Shown piece after piece: positions 52,008-61,569 of a stretch of 64,000 nt of DNA. Source of the DNA: Candidatus Udaeobacter sp. (GTDB taxonomy: Bacteria > Verrucomicrobiota > Verrucomicrobiia > Chthoniobacterales > UBA10450); NCBI GenBank assembly GCA_035651975.1, contig DASREQ010000069.1:3235-67234 (forward strand). Direction: 5' to 3'. Both the position numbers and the translations under genes were made by a program. The notes under the pieces are model-generated. The model saw only the letters and a list, made by a program, of their open reading frames with translations. It did no database searches and had not been told where the DNA came from. The first letter of the stretch is position 1. Every line of letters begins with the position of its first letter.

Positions 52008-52388
52008 ATGCCCAACGAACCAAATCCACTCTCGGATCGGATTCATATTGAGCAGCTTGAGATTTCTACGCGCATCGGAGTTCCGGAAAAAGAACGTTCC
52101 AGCCCGCAGCGACTGACTGTCAGCATTTCTTTCTGGCCATATTACGAACAACGCGATATGGCGGACAAGATCGACAACACGGTCAATTATTCAATCGTTG
52201 CCGAGGAAACAAAGAATTTTGTGCGAGATCAATCGACAAATCTGATCGAGACACTCACCGATCGGTTGGCAACACACTTGCTGAAGACCTTCCGGATTCA
52301 AAAGGTCATTGTCGAGCTACGAAAATTTCCTCTGAAAGATGCCAAGCACGTGTCGGTAACCGTAACGCGGACCGCATCCGTTGGGTAA
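52008..52388 (+). CDS. folB: dihydroneopterin aldolase
   Basis: 126 aa with DRIHIEQLEISTRIGVPEKERS.PQRL.V.I and ...D.I.NTVNYS.V..E. The ORF is open upstream to 51762 only because it reads through the pseudogene remnant. Confidence 0.82.
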   Translation: MPNEPNPLSDRIHIEQLEISTRIGVPEKERSSPQRLTVSISFWPYYEQRDMADKIDNTVNYSIVAEETKNFVRDQSTNLIETLTDRLATHLLKTFRIQKVIVELRKFPLKDAKHVSVTVTRTASVG

Positions 52389-52522
52389 AGGCCGCAATGA
52401 CGAAGCACGAATGACCAAGAACTAAACTGCAGCCGTCGCGCCTGTTGAGTTTCGACATTCGTCATTCGGATTTCTTCATTCTACTTTATTCGTGTTTATT
52501 GTCGATTCGTGGTTGAAAAACA

Positions 52523-53887
52523 ATGCGAAAAGGACGATTCGACAAACCCGCGGCGGAAATGGCACAGCGCTACAGTGAATCTGTTTCCTTCGACTGGCGA
52601 CTTTATCCCTACGACATCGCGGGGTCGATTGCTCACGCCGCGGCGCTGGCTCGGGCTGGAATCATAACAACGGCCGAATGCCGGAAAATTGAGCGTGGAT
52701 TGCGCGCAGTCCAAAAGCAGATCGAATCGGGCAGATTCAAATGGGATCGATCACTCGAAGACGTGCACATGAACATCGAAGCGGCGGTGACGAAGCGAAT
52801 CGGAGCCGCGGGCGCGAAACTACATACGGCGCGTAGCCGAAACGATCAGATCGCGCTCGATCTGCGACTCTATGTAAAAGCCGGGATCGCGGAAGTGTCG
52901 CGCCGTTTGCGAAGTTTGCAGGCCGCTCTCCTCGACGTCGCGGAGCGGGACATGGACGTCGTAATGCCCGGCTACTCGCATTTGCAGCGAGCACAACCAA
53001 TCACTTTTTCGCATTATTTGCTTGGGCAGATAGAGGCCTTCGATCACGACACGAAACGGCTCCATGATTGCCTGACACGGACAGACGTTCTTCCACTCGG
53101 ATCCGGAGCGCTCGCCGGGTCGACTGTTGTTCTCGATCGCGAACGCGTCGCGCGCGATCTCGGTTTTTCGAGCGTCAGCCAAAATAGCGTCGATGCTGTC
53201 GGCGATCGTGATTTTGTCTGCGAGTTTCTTTTTTGTCTTGCCATGATCGGCATGCATCTCTCCCGTCTGAGTGAGGACTTGATCATTTGGAGCACCTCCG
53301 AGTTCGGCTTTCTGGAGTTCAGCGATTCTTTTTCCACGCACTCCAGTCTGATGCCGCAAAAAAAGAATCCGGACATGGCTGAATTAACGCGGGGCAAGAC
53401 TGGCCGGCTTTACGGAAATTTGGTATCGATCCTAACCACGATGAAAGCGCTTCCGTCTTCTTACAATCGCGACCTCCAGGAAGATAAGAAAGCACTGTTC
53501 GATTCTGTCGATACAATCAAAAGCGCGCTGGAAGTTTTTGCCGCGATGTTGCCTGAATTGAAAGTCAACCGCGAACGCATGGAGAACGCCGCCGGCGACC
53601 CAAATCTTCTGGCGACCGATTTGGCTGAGTATCTCGTGAAAAAGGGAACGCCTTTCCGTGAGGCGCACCGAATCGTTGGGGAGCTCGTTGCGCACTCCAT
53701 AACGAAAAGCATTCCACTGGATCAAATCGACGTCGCGGAAATGAAAAAGTTTTCACCACAGTTCAATGATGACGTGGCGAAGATTTTCGATGTTCGCGGT
53801 TCGCTTGCGCAACGGCGCGCAATCGGGGCTCCGTCACCTGGGAATGTCGCGGCACAGATTGAGCGCTGGCGCCAATTACTCGCCTGA
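52523..53887 (+). CDS. argH: argininosuccinate lyase
   Basis: Fumarate-lyase signature SSLMPQKKNPD plus TARSRNDQ and GYSHLQRAQP. Confidence 0.95.
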   Translation: MRKGRFDKPAAEMAQRYSESVSFDWRLYPYDIAGSIAHAAALARAGIITTAECRKIERGLRAVQKQIESGRFKWDRSLEDVHMNIEAAVTKRIGAAGAKLHTARSRNDQIALDLRLYVKAGIAEVSRRLRSLQAALLDVAERDMDVVMPGYSHLQRAQPITFSHYLLGQIEAFDHDTKRLHDCLTRTDVLPLGSGALAGSTVVLDRERVARDLGFSSVSQNSVDAVGDRDFVCEFLFCLAMIGMHLSRLSEDLIIWSTSEFGFLEFSDSFSTHSSLMPQKKNPDMAELTRGKTGRLYGNLVSILTTMKALPSSYNRDLQEDKKALFDSVDTIKSALEVFAAMLPELKVNRERMENAAGDPNLLATDLAEYLVKKGTPFREAHRIVGELVAHSITKSIPLDQIDVAEMKKFSPQFNDDVAKIFDVRGSLAQRRAIGAPSPGNVAAQIERWRQLLA

Positions 53888-54001
53888 ACTGTGGTGGCAG
53901 GCGTGTCGCCTGCAACATTCGAAAGGCCTGGTCCTCTACAGTTTTGATTGGAGAATCCAGGAATTGCCGCTGATGACAGCGGCCACTACACTGCACGCGT
54001 T

Positions 54002-54580
54002 ATGCAAGACAGATGGGAAACCGTTTCTAGCGAGCGGCATTTTGCCAATGCGCACGTGGAAGTTGTGACCGACCATGTGCGAACTCCCTCGCGTTCGCTG
54101 CCACGGTCCTGGACAGTTGTGCACCGGAAAGCGGCGGCGATCGTTGCGCCGATGACGCGGGACGGCAAAATCGTTCTTATTCAACAGGAACGCATTCCGA
54201 TTCGCACAGCAATTTGGGAAACGCCATCCGGCCAGATCGATGGCCCCCCTGAGGAAACAGCCCAACAGGTGGCGCTGCGCGAACTTCGCGAGGAAGCAGG
54301 TTATGAGCTTGCCAAGGGTGGCGAACTCATCGCGCTCGGCCACTACTTCACTTCACCGGGTTTCACGGATGAACGCGGTTATTTCTTCCTGGCGCGCCCC
54401 GTGCAGAAGTGCAAAGAGGCATCGGTACGAGACGAAGGAGAATCGATTCTCGATTGCCACGAATTTAGCGTTGCGGAGATTCGGCGAATGATTGCCGAGA
54501 ACAAGATTCGCGACGCCAACACGCTAAGCGTTTGGGCGCGGCTCTCGGCACGCGGCCTTCTGCCGGATCGAACCGCTTAG
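54002..54580 (+). CDS. NUDIX hydrolase (ADP-ribose pyrophosphatase-like)
   Basis: Nudix box GQIDGPPEETAQQVALRELREEAGY. I chose ATG 54002. The ORF is open from TTG 53948. Confidence 0.85.
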   Translation: MQDRWETVSSERHFANAHVEVVTDHVRTPSRSLPRSWTVVHRKAAAIVAPMTRDGKIVLIQQERIPIRTAIWETPSGQIDGPPEETAQQVALRELREEAGYELAKGGELIALGHYFTSPGFTDERGYFFLARPVQKCKEASVRDEGESILDCHEFSVAEIRRMIAENKIRDANTLSVWARLSARGLLPDRTA

Positions 54581-54682
54581 TTTTCTGAAGACCGATGCTA
54601 AGACGCGTTTTTCTGAATATTCGCCTGCCACGCCGTAGCCTCGCGAAGTCGGGGTTCGAATTCGGATTTCTAATCTGATCCA

Positions 54683-55465
54683 ATGGCGCTGAAAGACATT
54701 TTCAAATTTCGCGAACTGCCGGAGAGCGAAACTTCCAAGCCGTTTCTGGAACATTTGGAAGACTTGCGATGGACCATTGTGAAGATGGCAATCGCGCTCG
54801 GGGCAGCAATGATCGTTTGCTTTGCATTTCGCTCGACACTTGTGCGGATACTCCAGGCGCCGTTACGCGACGTCGGATCACAAATCGGAACACTCAAGGC
54901 GCTCGGCATCACCGATTCCATCGTGATTTCATTTCATCTGGCTTTTTACGCCGGCATCGTTCTCTCCTTTCCGCTGCTGCTTTATTTCGTGGCGGAGTTT
55001 GTGCTGCCGGCGCTCACCGCCGTGGAAAAGCGCTTTTTGCTTCCTGCTATTTTAGTTAGTTTCGCGCTCTTCCTTCTCGGTGTGACTGTTTGTTATTTTT
55101 GGTTGCTGCCGAAAACGATTCTTTTTTTCTTTCGCGACACCGAGTCACTTGGCTGGGCGCCCACCTGGACGGTGCAACAATATTATTCTTTTGTGACGCG
55201 GTTTACGATCGGCTTCGGGCTGGCTTTCGAATTGCCAGTAGTCGTGCTGGCGCTGGTCCGATTTGGATTGATTACTTACAGGTTCATGGCGCGCACACGG
55301 CCCTACGCCGTGGTGCTGATCTTTGTCCTGGCGACGATCATCACGCCGACACCCGACATTCTGACCTTGATAGCGATGGCGCTCCCCATGTGCCTGCTTT
55401 ACGAAAGCTGCATCTGGATTGCCTGGCTAATGGAGCGCCGTAGATCCAGGTCAATCACCCAATAA
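54683..55465 (+). CDS. tatC: twin-arginine translocase subunit TatC
   Basis: Motifs FLEHLEDLRWTIVK, ...FVLPAL...E... and six TM segments. 260 aa. Confidence 0.92.
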   Translation: MALKDIFKFRELPESETSKPFLEHLEDLRWTIVKMAIALGAAMIVCFAFRSTLVRILQAPLRDVGSQIGTLKALGITDSIVISFHLAFYAGIVLSFPLLLYFVAEFVLPALTAVEKRFLLPAILVSFALFLLGVTVCYFWLLPKTILFFFRDTESLGWAPTWTVQQYYSFVTRFTIGFGLAFELPVVVLALVRFGLITYRFMARTRPYAVVLIFVLATIITPTPDILTLIAMALPMCLLYESCIWIAWLMERRRSRSITQ

Positions 55466-55471
55466 CCGCGC

Positions 55472-56560
55472 GTGGAGCATTCTCAGTTTCTCTTCCGTGC
55501 ATTTGCCTTTGTTCTCGGCGCAGCAGTCGGGTCGTTTTTGAACGTCTGCATCTATCGCTGGCCTTCCGATCTTTCCATTAACAAGCCGCGTCGCTCTTTT
55601 TGTCCGGTATGCAAACAACCGATTCCCTGGCATCAAAATCTGCCATTGGTTAGCTGGATTTTTCTCCGTGGGCGTTGCGCAAATTGCGGCGCGAAAATCG
55701 CCTTTCGCTATTTTGCGGTGGAATTGATCACCGCCCTGTTGTTCCTGGCCATCTGGCAGAACTTTCCGTGGCAAATAGCGATTGCGTACTGGGTTTGTGT
55801 TTCGCTTCTGATTGTTGGGACATTTATCGACCTTGAACATTTCATTATTCCAGACCGCGTAACAATCGGCGGAATCGTTGCCGGCGTTGTGTGCAGTGTG
55901 GCCGCACCAGCTTTGATGCGAACGGATTCACGGCTGGCGGCATGCGTTCGTGCGCTACTGGCCGCCGCTCTGGGCTATGTAATCCTGTGGATTGTTCTCG
56001 AAGCCGGCAAAATTGCGTTTGGACGAAAGCGGATTGAGTTCGACGCGCCGACCCCGTTCACCTGGACGAAACGCGGGGAGGACGCCGATCTTGTAGTAGG
56101 CGCCGAAGAAAGTTTGTGGAGTGAGTATTTTGCCCGGGAAAAAGACCGGTTATTGCTTGAATGCGACCAGGCCAGGATCGACCACCAGATGTATGGGAAT
56201 GTGACATTGGATTTTCACTACGATCGCGTCACGGCTCAAGGGCAGGTGATGATGCTCGATGACGTAGCGCAGATTTCCGGCGTCGCGCGCGAACTCGTGA
56301 TTCCCCGCGAGGCAATGGGCCGCGGGGACTTGAAATTTCTCGCTGCGATTGGCGCATTTCTCGGCTGGCGCGCAGTGCTTTTTAGTCTTTTTGCGGGATC
56401 GCTTCTCGGTTCGATCATCGGTCTGATTACGCTGGTCGTTGGGAAACGGGTTTGGTCAGCCAAGCTGCCATTTGGACCTTATCTGGCCTTTGGTGCGCTA
56501 AGCTGGATGTTTTTTGGCGATACGTTTCTGCGTTGGTATGCGGGCCTGCTGAACCCATAG
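55472..56560 (+). CDS. pilD: prepilin peptidase (A24 family) carrying a ~95-aa insertion
   Basis: N-terminal Cys motif (CPVCKQPIPWHQNLPLVSWIFLRGRCANCG), first Asp motif FIDLEHFIIPD and second Asp motif MGRGDLKFLAAIGAFLGW. GTG start. Confidence 0.85.
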   Translation: MEHSQFLFRAFAFVLGAAVGSFLNVCIYRWPSDLSINKPRRSFCPVCKQPIPWHQNLPLVSWIFLRGRCANCGAKIAFRYFAVELITALLFLAIWQNFPWQIAIAYWVCVSLLIVGTFIDLEHFIIPDRVTIGGIVAGVVCSVAAPALMRTDSRLAACVRALLAAALGYVILWIVLEAGKIAFGRKRIEFDAPTPFTWTKRGEDADLVVGAEESLWSEYFAREKDRLLLECDQARIDHQMYGNVTLDFHYDRVTAQGQVMMLDDVAQISGVARELVIPREAMGRGDLKFLAAIGAFLGWRAVLFSLFAGSLLGSIIGLITLVVGKRVWSAKLPFGPYLAFGALSWMFFGDTFLRWYAGLLNP

Positions 56561-56578
56561 CTTGTGCGTCGGGGCGAA

Positions 56579-57769
56579 ATGATTCTTACCAATGCGCGTT
56601 TGATTTTTCCTGATGGCATTCGTGACGGCCTTGAGCTCGTTGTTGAAAAAGGAACAATCACCGCCATCGGCGAGCATAACCATGCGCGCGCGAACGAGAT
56701 TTTTGATCTTCACGGAAATTATCTTGCGCCTGGCTTCGTTGATCTTCATGTGCACGGTGCGCGGGGCCGTGACACCATGGAGGCGTCAACCGAAGCGTTT
56801 CGAGCCATTTGCGATTATCATGCCAGCGGCGGGACGACTTCACTTTTGCTGACCACGGCGACCGCGCCGATGGACAAGTTAGTTGAAGTCCTGGATGCGA
56901 TTCGAACCGTGGTAGGAACACCGCGCCGCGGCGTCCGGACAGCGCGGCGCGCTGTCGCTGCCATTCGACAGATCGCTGGCGTTCATGTAGAAGGCCCGTT
57001 TATTTCGAAGGCCAAATGCGGCGCGCAACGCGCAGACTTCATTCAAAGCCCGTCGCGAGTTTCAGTCCGGCAAATGCTCGACTACTCGGACGTGATCAAA
57101 CGAATCACGATTGCGCCCGAGCTTCCGGGAGCGCTTGAGGCGATCGAGAGTTTTTACGCACACGGGATTAGTGTCAGCGGGGGCCACAGCAATGCGTGGG
57201 ACGAGGAGGCGCGGGAAGGTTTCGCACGTGGCATGCGTAGCGTCACCCACACTTTTAACTGTATGTCGAGCGCGCGTCGCCGCGGTATTTATCGTGTTGG
57301 CGGTTTAATGGAGTTTGCGTTAAGCGAACCACAGATCAGTTGCGAACTGATCGCCGATGGTCACCACGTTTCGGAAACTTTGATAAAGATGCTATATCGC
57401 GCGAAAGGCTCCCCCGGGATTTGTCTGGTATCGGATGCGACCGCCGGCGCTGGATTGCCGGATCAATCACAGTTTTCGCTTTTTGGAAGGGACTGCATGG
57501 TTGAAGACGGCGTCTGTTTACTTGCTGACCGCTCCGCGCTTGCTGGTAGCGCTTCGCAGATGATCGACCTTGTGCGCACCATGGTTACGAAAATAAACGT
57601 CCCGCTGCATGAGGCAGTCAGGATGGCCACGGAAAATCCCGCGTGCGCCGTTGGCCTTAGAGCCAAAGGCAGACTGGAGGTAGGAGCAGACGCAGACTTG
57701 ATTGTCCTCTCGCCGGAATTGGAAGTGGTGCAAACATTTAGCGGCGGTGAGGATGTTTTCTCACACTAA
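56579..57769 (+). CDS. nagA: N-acetylglucosamine-6-phosphate deacetylase
   Basis: Motifs GFVDLHVHG, GVHVEGPFIS and ...HTFN.M.... I chose ATG 56579 (MILTNARLIFPDG). GTG 56564 is also possible. Confidence 0.88.
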   Translation: MILTNARLIFPDGIRDGLELVVEKGTITAIGEHNHARANEIFDLHGNYLAPGFVDLHVHGARGRDTMEASTEAFRAICDYHASGGTTSLLLTTATAPMDKLVEVLDAIRTVVGTPRRGVRTARRAVAAIRQIAGVHVEGPFISKAKCGAQRADFIQSPSRVSVRQMLDYSDVIKRITIAPELPGALEAIESFYAHGISVSGGHSNAWDEEAREGFARGMRSVTHTFNCMSSARRRGIYRVGGLMEFALSEPQISCELIADGHHVSETLIKMLYRAKGSPGICLVSDATAGAGLPDQSQFSLFGRDCMVEDGVCLLADRSALAGSASQMIDLVRTMVTKINVPLHEAVRMATENPACAVGLRAKGRLEVGADADLIVLSPELEVVQTFSGGEDVFSH

Positions 57770-57829
57770 CCGGAGGTTTCAGCGGACCAATTATTCGTGT
57801 CGATCGGTGCTCCTTCGCGGTTACGAGGA

Positions 57830-58930
57830 CTACAGCGACAGCAAAAAGTCGGCGATATCGAATGCGGCGCGCGGTCGGCTGAGCTTGCTGATATTCGCGG
57901 ACCATTCGTGCCATTGTTTCGCGTCCTCAGCAAAGGCGCGCTGCACCTGCGCGGTGGCTTCTCGTGGCGATTTTGCGATTACGCCGGAATTCGTCTCGAC
58001 GATTAACCGGGCATTGCCTTCCTCCTGCCCGGCGACGACGTAATTAATGATCATCGGACAACCAGCGGCGATCGTTTCCTGTACTGTCGCACCTCCGGCT
58101 TTCCCGATAAGCAAATGGCTCTGGTGAAGCATGCGCGGAAGGTCGTCAGTCCAGCCAATGACTCTCGCCTTATCTCCCACCGCGGCTTCGATTTCAGGCA
58201 TCAGACTATCGGCACGGCCAATGGTTACGGTGAGATCCACTCCCAGGTCGGCGAGGCGCTGCGCGAGTTCCGGCGCGCCGCGCGTGGCGTGATGGATCAT
58301 ATACAAAACACGGCGCTCAGAGTTGAGTGGCGGCAGTACGCCATTCGATCTGGGGGAATCGGCAAATTTTGGACTGACGGGAAAACCAAGAACCTTGATT
58401 TTTTCCGCGGCGACTCCGGCCACTCGCAGGACGCAGGCACTCTGCTCGTTTGCGACAAGAAAATAATCGGCCGCGCAGCGATACCAGGCTGCGTTGATGG
58501 TTATTGAATCGGTAATCACAACCACGATCTTACAAGGCCGAGAGCATTCAGGGTTTCGTGCCTGAATTCGCCTGAGTACATTCGGATAAGCCGGAAACGT
58601 GCAGGTCATCACGTCCGGCTGAAAACGCTCGAGTAATCCGGCGAAATGATCCTCCAGCCGCGAGAAGCGCGCGAATTCTGCATCGAAATCCTTCTTGCGT
58701 TCGAGCCAGCGATAAACCGCCCCCCATGCCCGGGGGGCGCGATTAACCAGCGCCAGGTAGCTTTTTCGCACGAACTCGTTCACTGGCCCGTAGGCTTCGG
58801 CAAACAAATCGCGCAATTCTACCTCCGTCCCTTCCGGGGCAACGCGAGCAAGACCATCGCGAATTCCGCGCGCCGCGCTGTTGTGACCTTCCCCAAAACT
58901 CGCCGTGAGGATTAAAATTCGTTTTTTCAT
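57830..58930 (-). CDS. MGDG-synthase-like (GT28) glycosyltransferase
   Basis: N-terminal ILILTASFGEGHNSAARGI (MGDG_synth domain) and a C-terminal GT-B half (LIGKAGGATVQETIAAGCPMI). Confidence 0.8.
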   Translation of the reverse strand: MKKRILILTASFGEGHNSAARGIRDGLARVAPEGTEVELRDLFAEAYGPVNEFVRKSYLALVNRAPRAWGAVYRWLERKKDFDAEFARFSRLEDHFAGLLERFQPDVMTCTFPAYPNVLRRIQARNPECSRPCKIVVVITDSITINAAWYRCAADYFLVANEQSACVLRVAGVAAEKIKVLGFPVSPKFADSPRSNGVLPPLNSERRVLYMIHHATRGAPELAQRLADLGVDLTVTIGRADSLMPEIEAAVGDKARVIGWTDDLPRMLHQSHLLIGKAGGATVQETIAAGCPMIINYVVAGQEEGNARLIVETNSGVIAKSPREATAQVQRAFAEDAKQWHEWSANISKLSRPRAAFDIADFLLSL

Positions 58931-59093
58931 GGATCGGATCAGCGGGACGAAGCCGCGATGGAATCGTTCTCATCCCCGTCGTCGTGCTCGTACTCGAAAA
59001 TTCCAGGGAGTCGAGGTCGAGGACGAGAACGAAACCTGGACCAGCGGGAGTTTAATGGATATTTACATCGGGCAAAGTAAACTCTCCCTGCAG

Positions 59094-59984
59094 ATGAAAT
59101 ATATAGGGTTTCTCTGGCGCGTTTTGCGGCAGCTGGTTTGGGAAACGGCAACCGACACCACGACCGGGTTGGCCGCACAGATGGCGTATCTGCTTCTTTT
59201 TGCGCTGGCCCCCGGCTCGCTCTTTCTCTGGCATGTGCTGGGTTTGTTCGGCACCGATCCGACCAAATTGCATCGGATGTTTCTTCTTTTAAAAAGCTTC
59301 ATGCCGCCGGACCAAAAAGTGCAGGAAATCCTGGATTCTACGATGGCGAATGTGGTGGTGACAGGTTCGAGCGGCCTGCTTGCGAACGCGGGCATCATTC
59401 TGGGAATTTATTTCGGGACTGTCTTCATTGCCACGACCTCACGCGCCCTCAGCCACACGTACGGAATACGGGAAGATCCACATTGGTGGTCAAAATATAT
59501 CATCTCATTCTTCATGCTTTTCTGGTTCGGGATCATCATCGTGTTTTGTTTCAACGCAATCGTCTTTGGCGAACGGCTGGCCGGTCTTGCAGAAGTTAAT
59601 TTTCAGCTGGCCTTTCCACTGCAGGCGTGGATCACGACGCTCAACATGCCCTTTACCTTTGTGGCGTTGGTCATTCTCGCGCTCGCACTTTATCTCCTGA
59701 CGCCGGAAAATTATTTGACCGTCCGCCAGGCATTGCCCGGTGCGATTTTCTTTTCGGTTGGTTGGATCATCGCGACGAAGCTCTTCCAGCTCTATGTGGC
59801 GCGATATGATCGCTACAATCCAACGTATCTCGCGCTGGCGTCCATCATTGTATTGCTTACGTGGATGTATCTGACATGTCTGTTCCTATTACTGGGCGGT
59901 AAGTTAAACGCAATTCTTCGGCGGGAAGGCGAAAGAATGCGCGCGGCTGCCCCTGCGGCTCCCGAGACTGCGGCCGCGAGTTAA
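59094..59984 (+). CDS. YihY/BrkB (virulence factor BrkB) family membrane protein
   Basis: GLAAQMAYLLLFALAP..., six TM segments and a C-terminal ...YLTCLFLLLGGKLNA. ATG 59094 avoids overlap with the divergent GT gene. Confidence 0.8.
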   Translation: MKYIGFLWRVLRQLVWETATDTTTGLAAQMAYLLLFALAPGSLFLWHVLGLFGTDPTKLHRMFLLLKSFMPPDQKVQEILDSTMANVVVTGSSGLLANAGIILGIYFGTVFIATTSRALSHTYGIREDPHWWSKYIISFFMLFWFGIIIVFCFNAIVFGERLAGLAEVNFQLAFPLQAWITTLNMPFTFVALVILALALYLLTPENYLTVRQALPGAIFFSVGWIIATKLFQLYVARYDRYNPTYLALASIIVLLTWMYLTCLFLLLGGKLNAILRREGERMRAAAPAAPETAAAS

Positions 59985-60058
59985 AAGTTAAATGGTAAAA
60001 AGGAAGGCGTGATTGCCGTTTTAACCTTGTAACTCTTTTAACTTTTTTAACGATCTGG

Positions 60059-61465
60059 TTGATCGCGTCCCGCGCTCTGTTACGCTCCGTCGCAGTGGTG
60101 CGCTTTTGCATTTGGCTCACAACTGCGCTCGTTTCAGGCGTAATCGTTGGAACTCTCCTCCGCGCCCAGACCGGGGACGAAGAAAAAAGCCGGCGCGACA
60201 AGTCCGAGCAGACCGAGAGGCATTCCACGTCGTCTCCAAAACCAAAAAAATCTCCCAGCCCGGCAGCGAAAGGATCGAGGGACAAATCGGGAAAAAAACA
60301 CCCGGCTCGGGCAACCGCGGAAAAAGCCCCAACTACAATTCCCCACGCAAAACTGGCACACGAAGAGTCGCAAAAAAAAACACACTCTTCTTCGAAAGAA
60401 AAAAAATCGCCGACACCGATCGCAAAGGCAAAGTCCGCGAAAGAAGAGTCGACCCGCGATGATAACGCGGGCGCACAAGAATCCTCGCGCCCTCGCAAAG
60501 CAAAGCCGAAGTCTGACGACGAAGAAGAGGCGACGCCAAAACCGACGCCGCGCGAAACGCCCAAGGCCAGCGCTTCACGAAAATCAAGACGGCACCACAC
60601 GCCCACGCCCAAACCGAAATCAAAGAAATCCAGGCAGGTTTCGCATAAAACAAAAAAGGCGGAGAAATCCAAATCGGCGCGAAAAGAAGAGGAAACATCG
60701 AAACCGGAAAAAACGCCGCCGGCCCCTGCGGAAGAGCGCGCTGCTGCATCAGAGCGGCCAACTGCCACGTCCAGGACAAGCGGGATTGCGTCTCCGACGC
60801 CAGTCACGTCGCCCGAACAAAAAGTTCCGCGTGCGCCAGGCGGCGAGCGTGCTCAGGTTGTGATCGAAAAGTCGGGTCTCGAAGAGGAGCAGGGTCTCGA
60901 GCCTCCGCCATCGCCTCCGCCGCGTAGATTTAGTTTCTGGCCCTGGTCCCGCAGTTCGGCTAAGTACCGTTATCTAACAAGATCTGTTATCGAAGCCATC
61001 CGGCGCGCGCCAGTAAAACGGCGTCGCTGGCAATTCATTGTGGTGCACAACAGCGGTACGCGGCAGGGAAACGCGCGAGTGTTCGATTATTACCACCGGC
61101 ATGTGCGCCGTATGCAGAATGGTCTCGCCTATCATTTCGTGATCGGGAATGGAACATCCACTGGAAACGGCCAGATCGAAGTGGGCGATCGCTGGCGCCG
61201 CCAGATTAATGGCGGGCATGTGCACAGCGATTATTTAAACAACATTTCGCTCGGCATTTGTTTGGTGGGCGATTTTAATCGCGACCGGCCAACGCGCGCC
61301 CAACTCGAATCATGCGAGGAACTCATCCGCTATCTGCGGCAACGCTGCGGCGGGACCGGGAGAGGTGCAATTCCTGTGCGGCCACACCGCGAGATGAATC
61401 CCCCGCGTTGGCCGACCGACTGCCCGGGAGACGATTTTCCTTACTCGTGGTTTCGCAGGTTTTAG
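60059..61465 (+). CDS. N-acetylmuramoyl-L-alanine amidase (Amidase_2/PGRP-like) with TM anchor and ~240-aa Lys/Ser/Pro-rich linker
   Basis: C-terminal domain WQFIVVHNSGT...LAYHFVIGNG...IEVGDRW......GGHV...N..SLGICLVGDF. The N-terminal hydrophobic anchor follows a TTG start. Confidence 0.75.
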   Translation: MIASRALLRSVAVVRFCIWLTTALVSGVIVGTLLRAQTGDEEKSRRDKSEQTERHSTSSPKPKKSPSPAAKGSRDKSGKKHPARATAEKAPTTIPHAKLAHEESQKKTHSSSKEKKSPTPIAKAKSAKEESTRDDNAGAQESSRPRKAKPKSDDEEEATPKPTPRETPKASASRKSRRHHTPTPKPKSKKSRQVSHKTKKAEKSKSARKEEETSKPEKTPPAPAEERAAASERPTATSRTSGIASPTPVTSPEQKVPRAPGGERAQVVIEKSGLEEEQGLEPPPSPPPRRFSFWPWSRSSAKYRYLTRSVIEAIRRAPVKRRRWQFIVVHNSGTRQGNARVFDYYHRHVRRMQNGLAYHFVIGNGTSTGNGQIEVGDRWRRQINGGHVHSDYLNNISLGICLVGDFNRDRPTRAQLESCEELIRYLRQRCGGTGRGAIPVRPHREMNPPRWPTDCPGDDFPYSWFRRF

Positions 61466-61482
61466 CAGGCACCTCATAGATG

Positions 61483-61510
61483 GTAGGGACGGACCCCTGG
61501 GCCGTCCGTT
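61483..61510 (+). repeat. REP unit (GTAGGG + hairpin) between convergent genes
   Basis: GTAG-GGACGG-acccctggg-CCGTCC. A second hairpin, TGGCAGT-cgcgc-ACTGCCA, follows 17 nt downstream at 61527-61545. Confidence 0.6.
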
Positions 61511-61569
61511 AAATTTCCGCCCGCCTGGCAGTCGCGCACTGCCAAAATTGCATTTTTAACGAGAAGGCA

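Noticed and set aside
59857-60807. 316-aa minus-strand ORF
   Set aside because: It is antisense to the low-complexity Lys/Ser/Pro linker of the Amidase_2 gene. It stays open only because of the biased composition.
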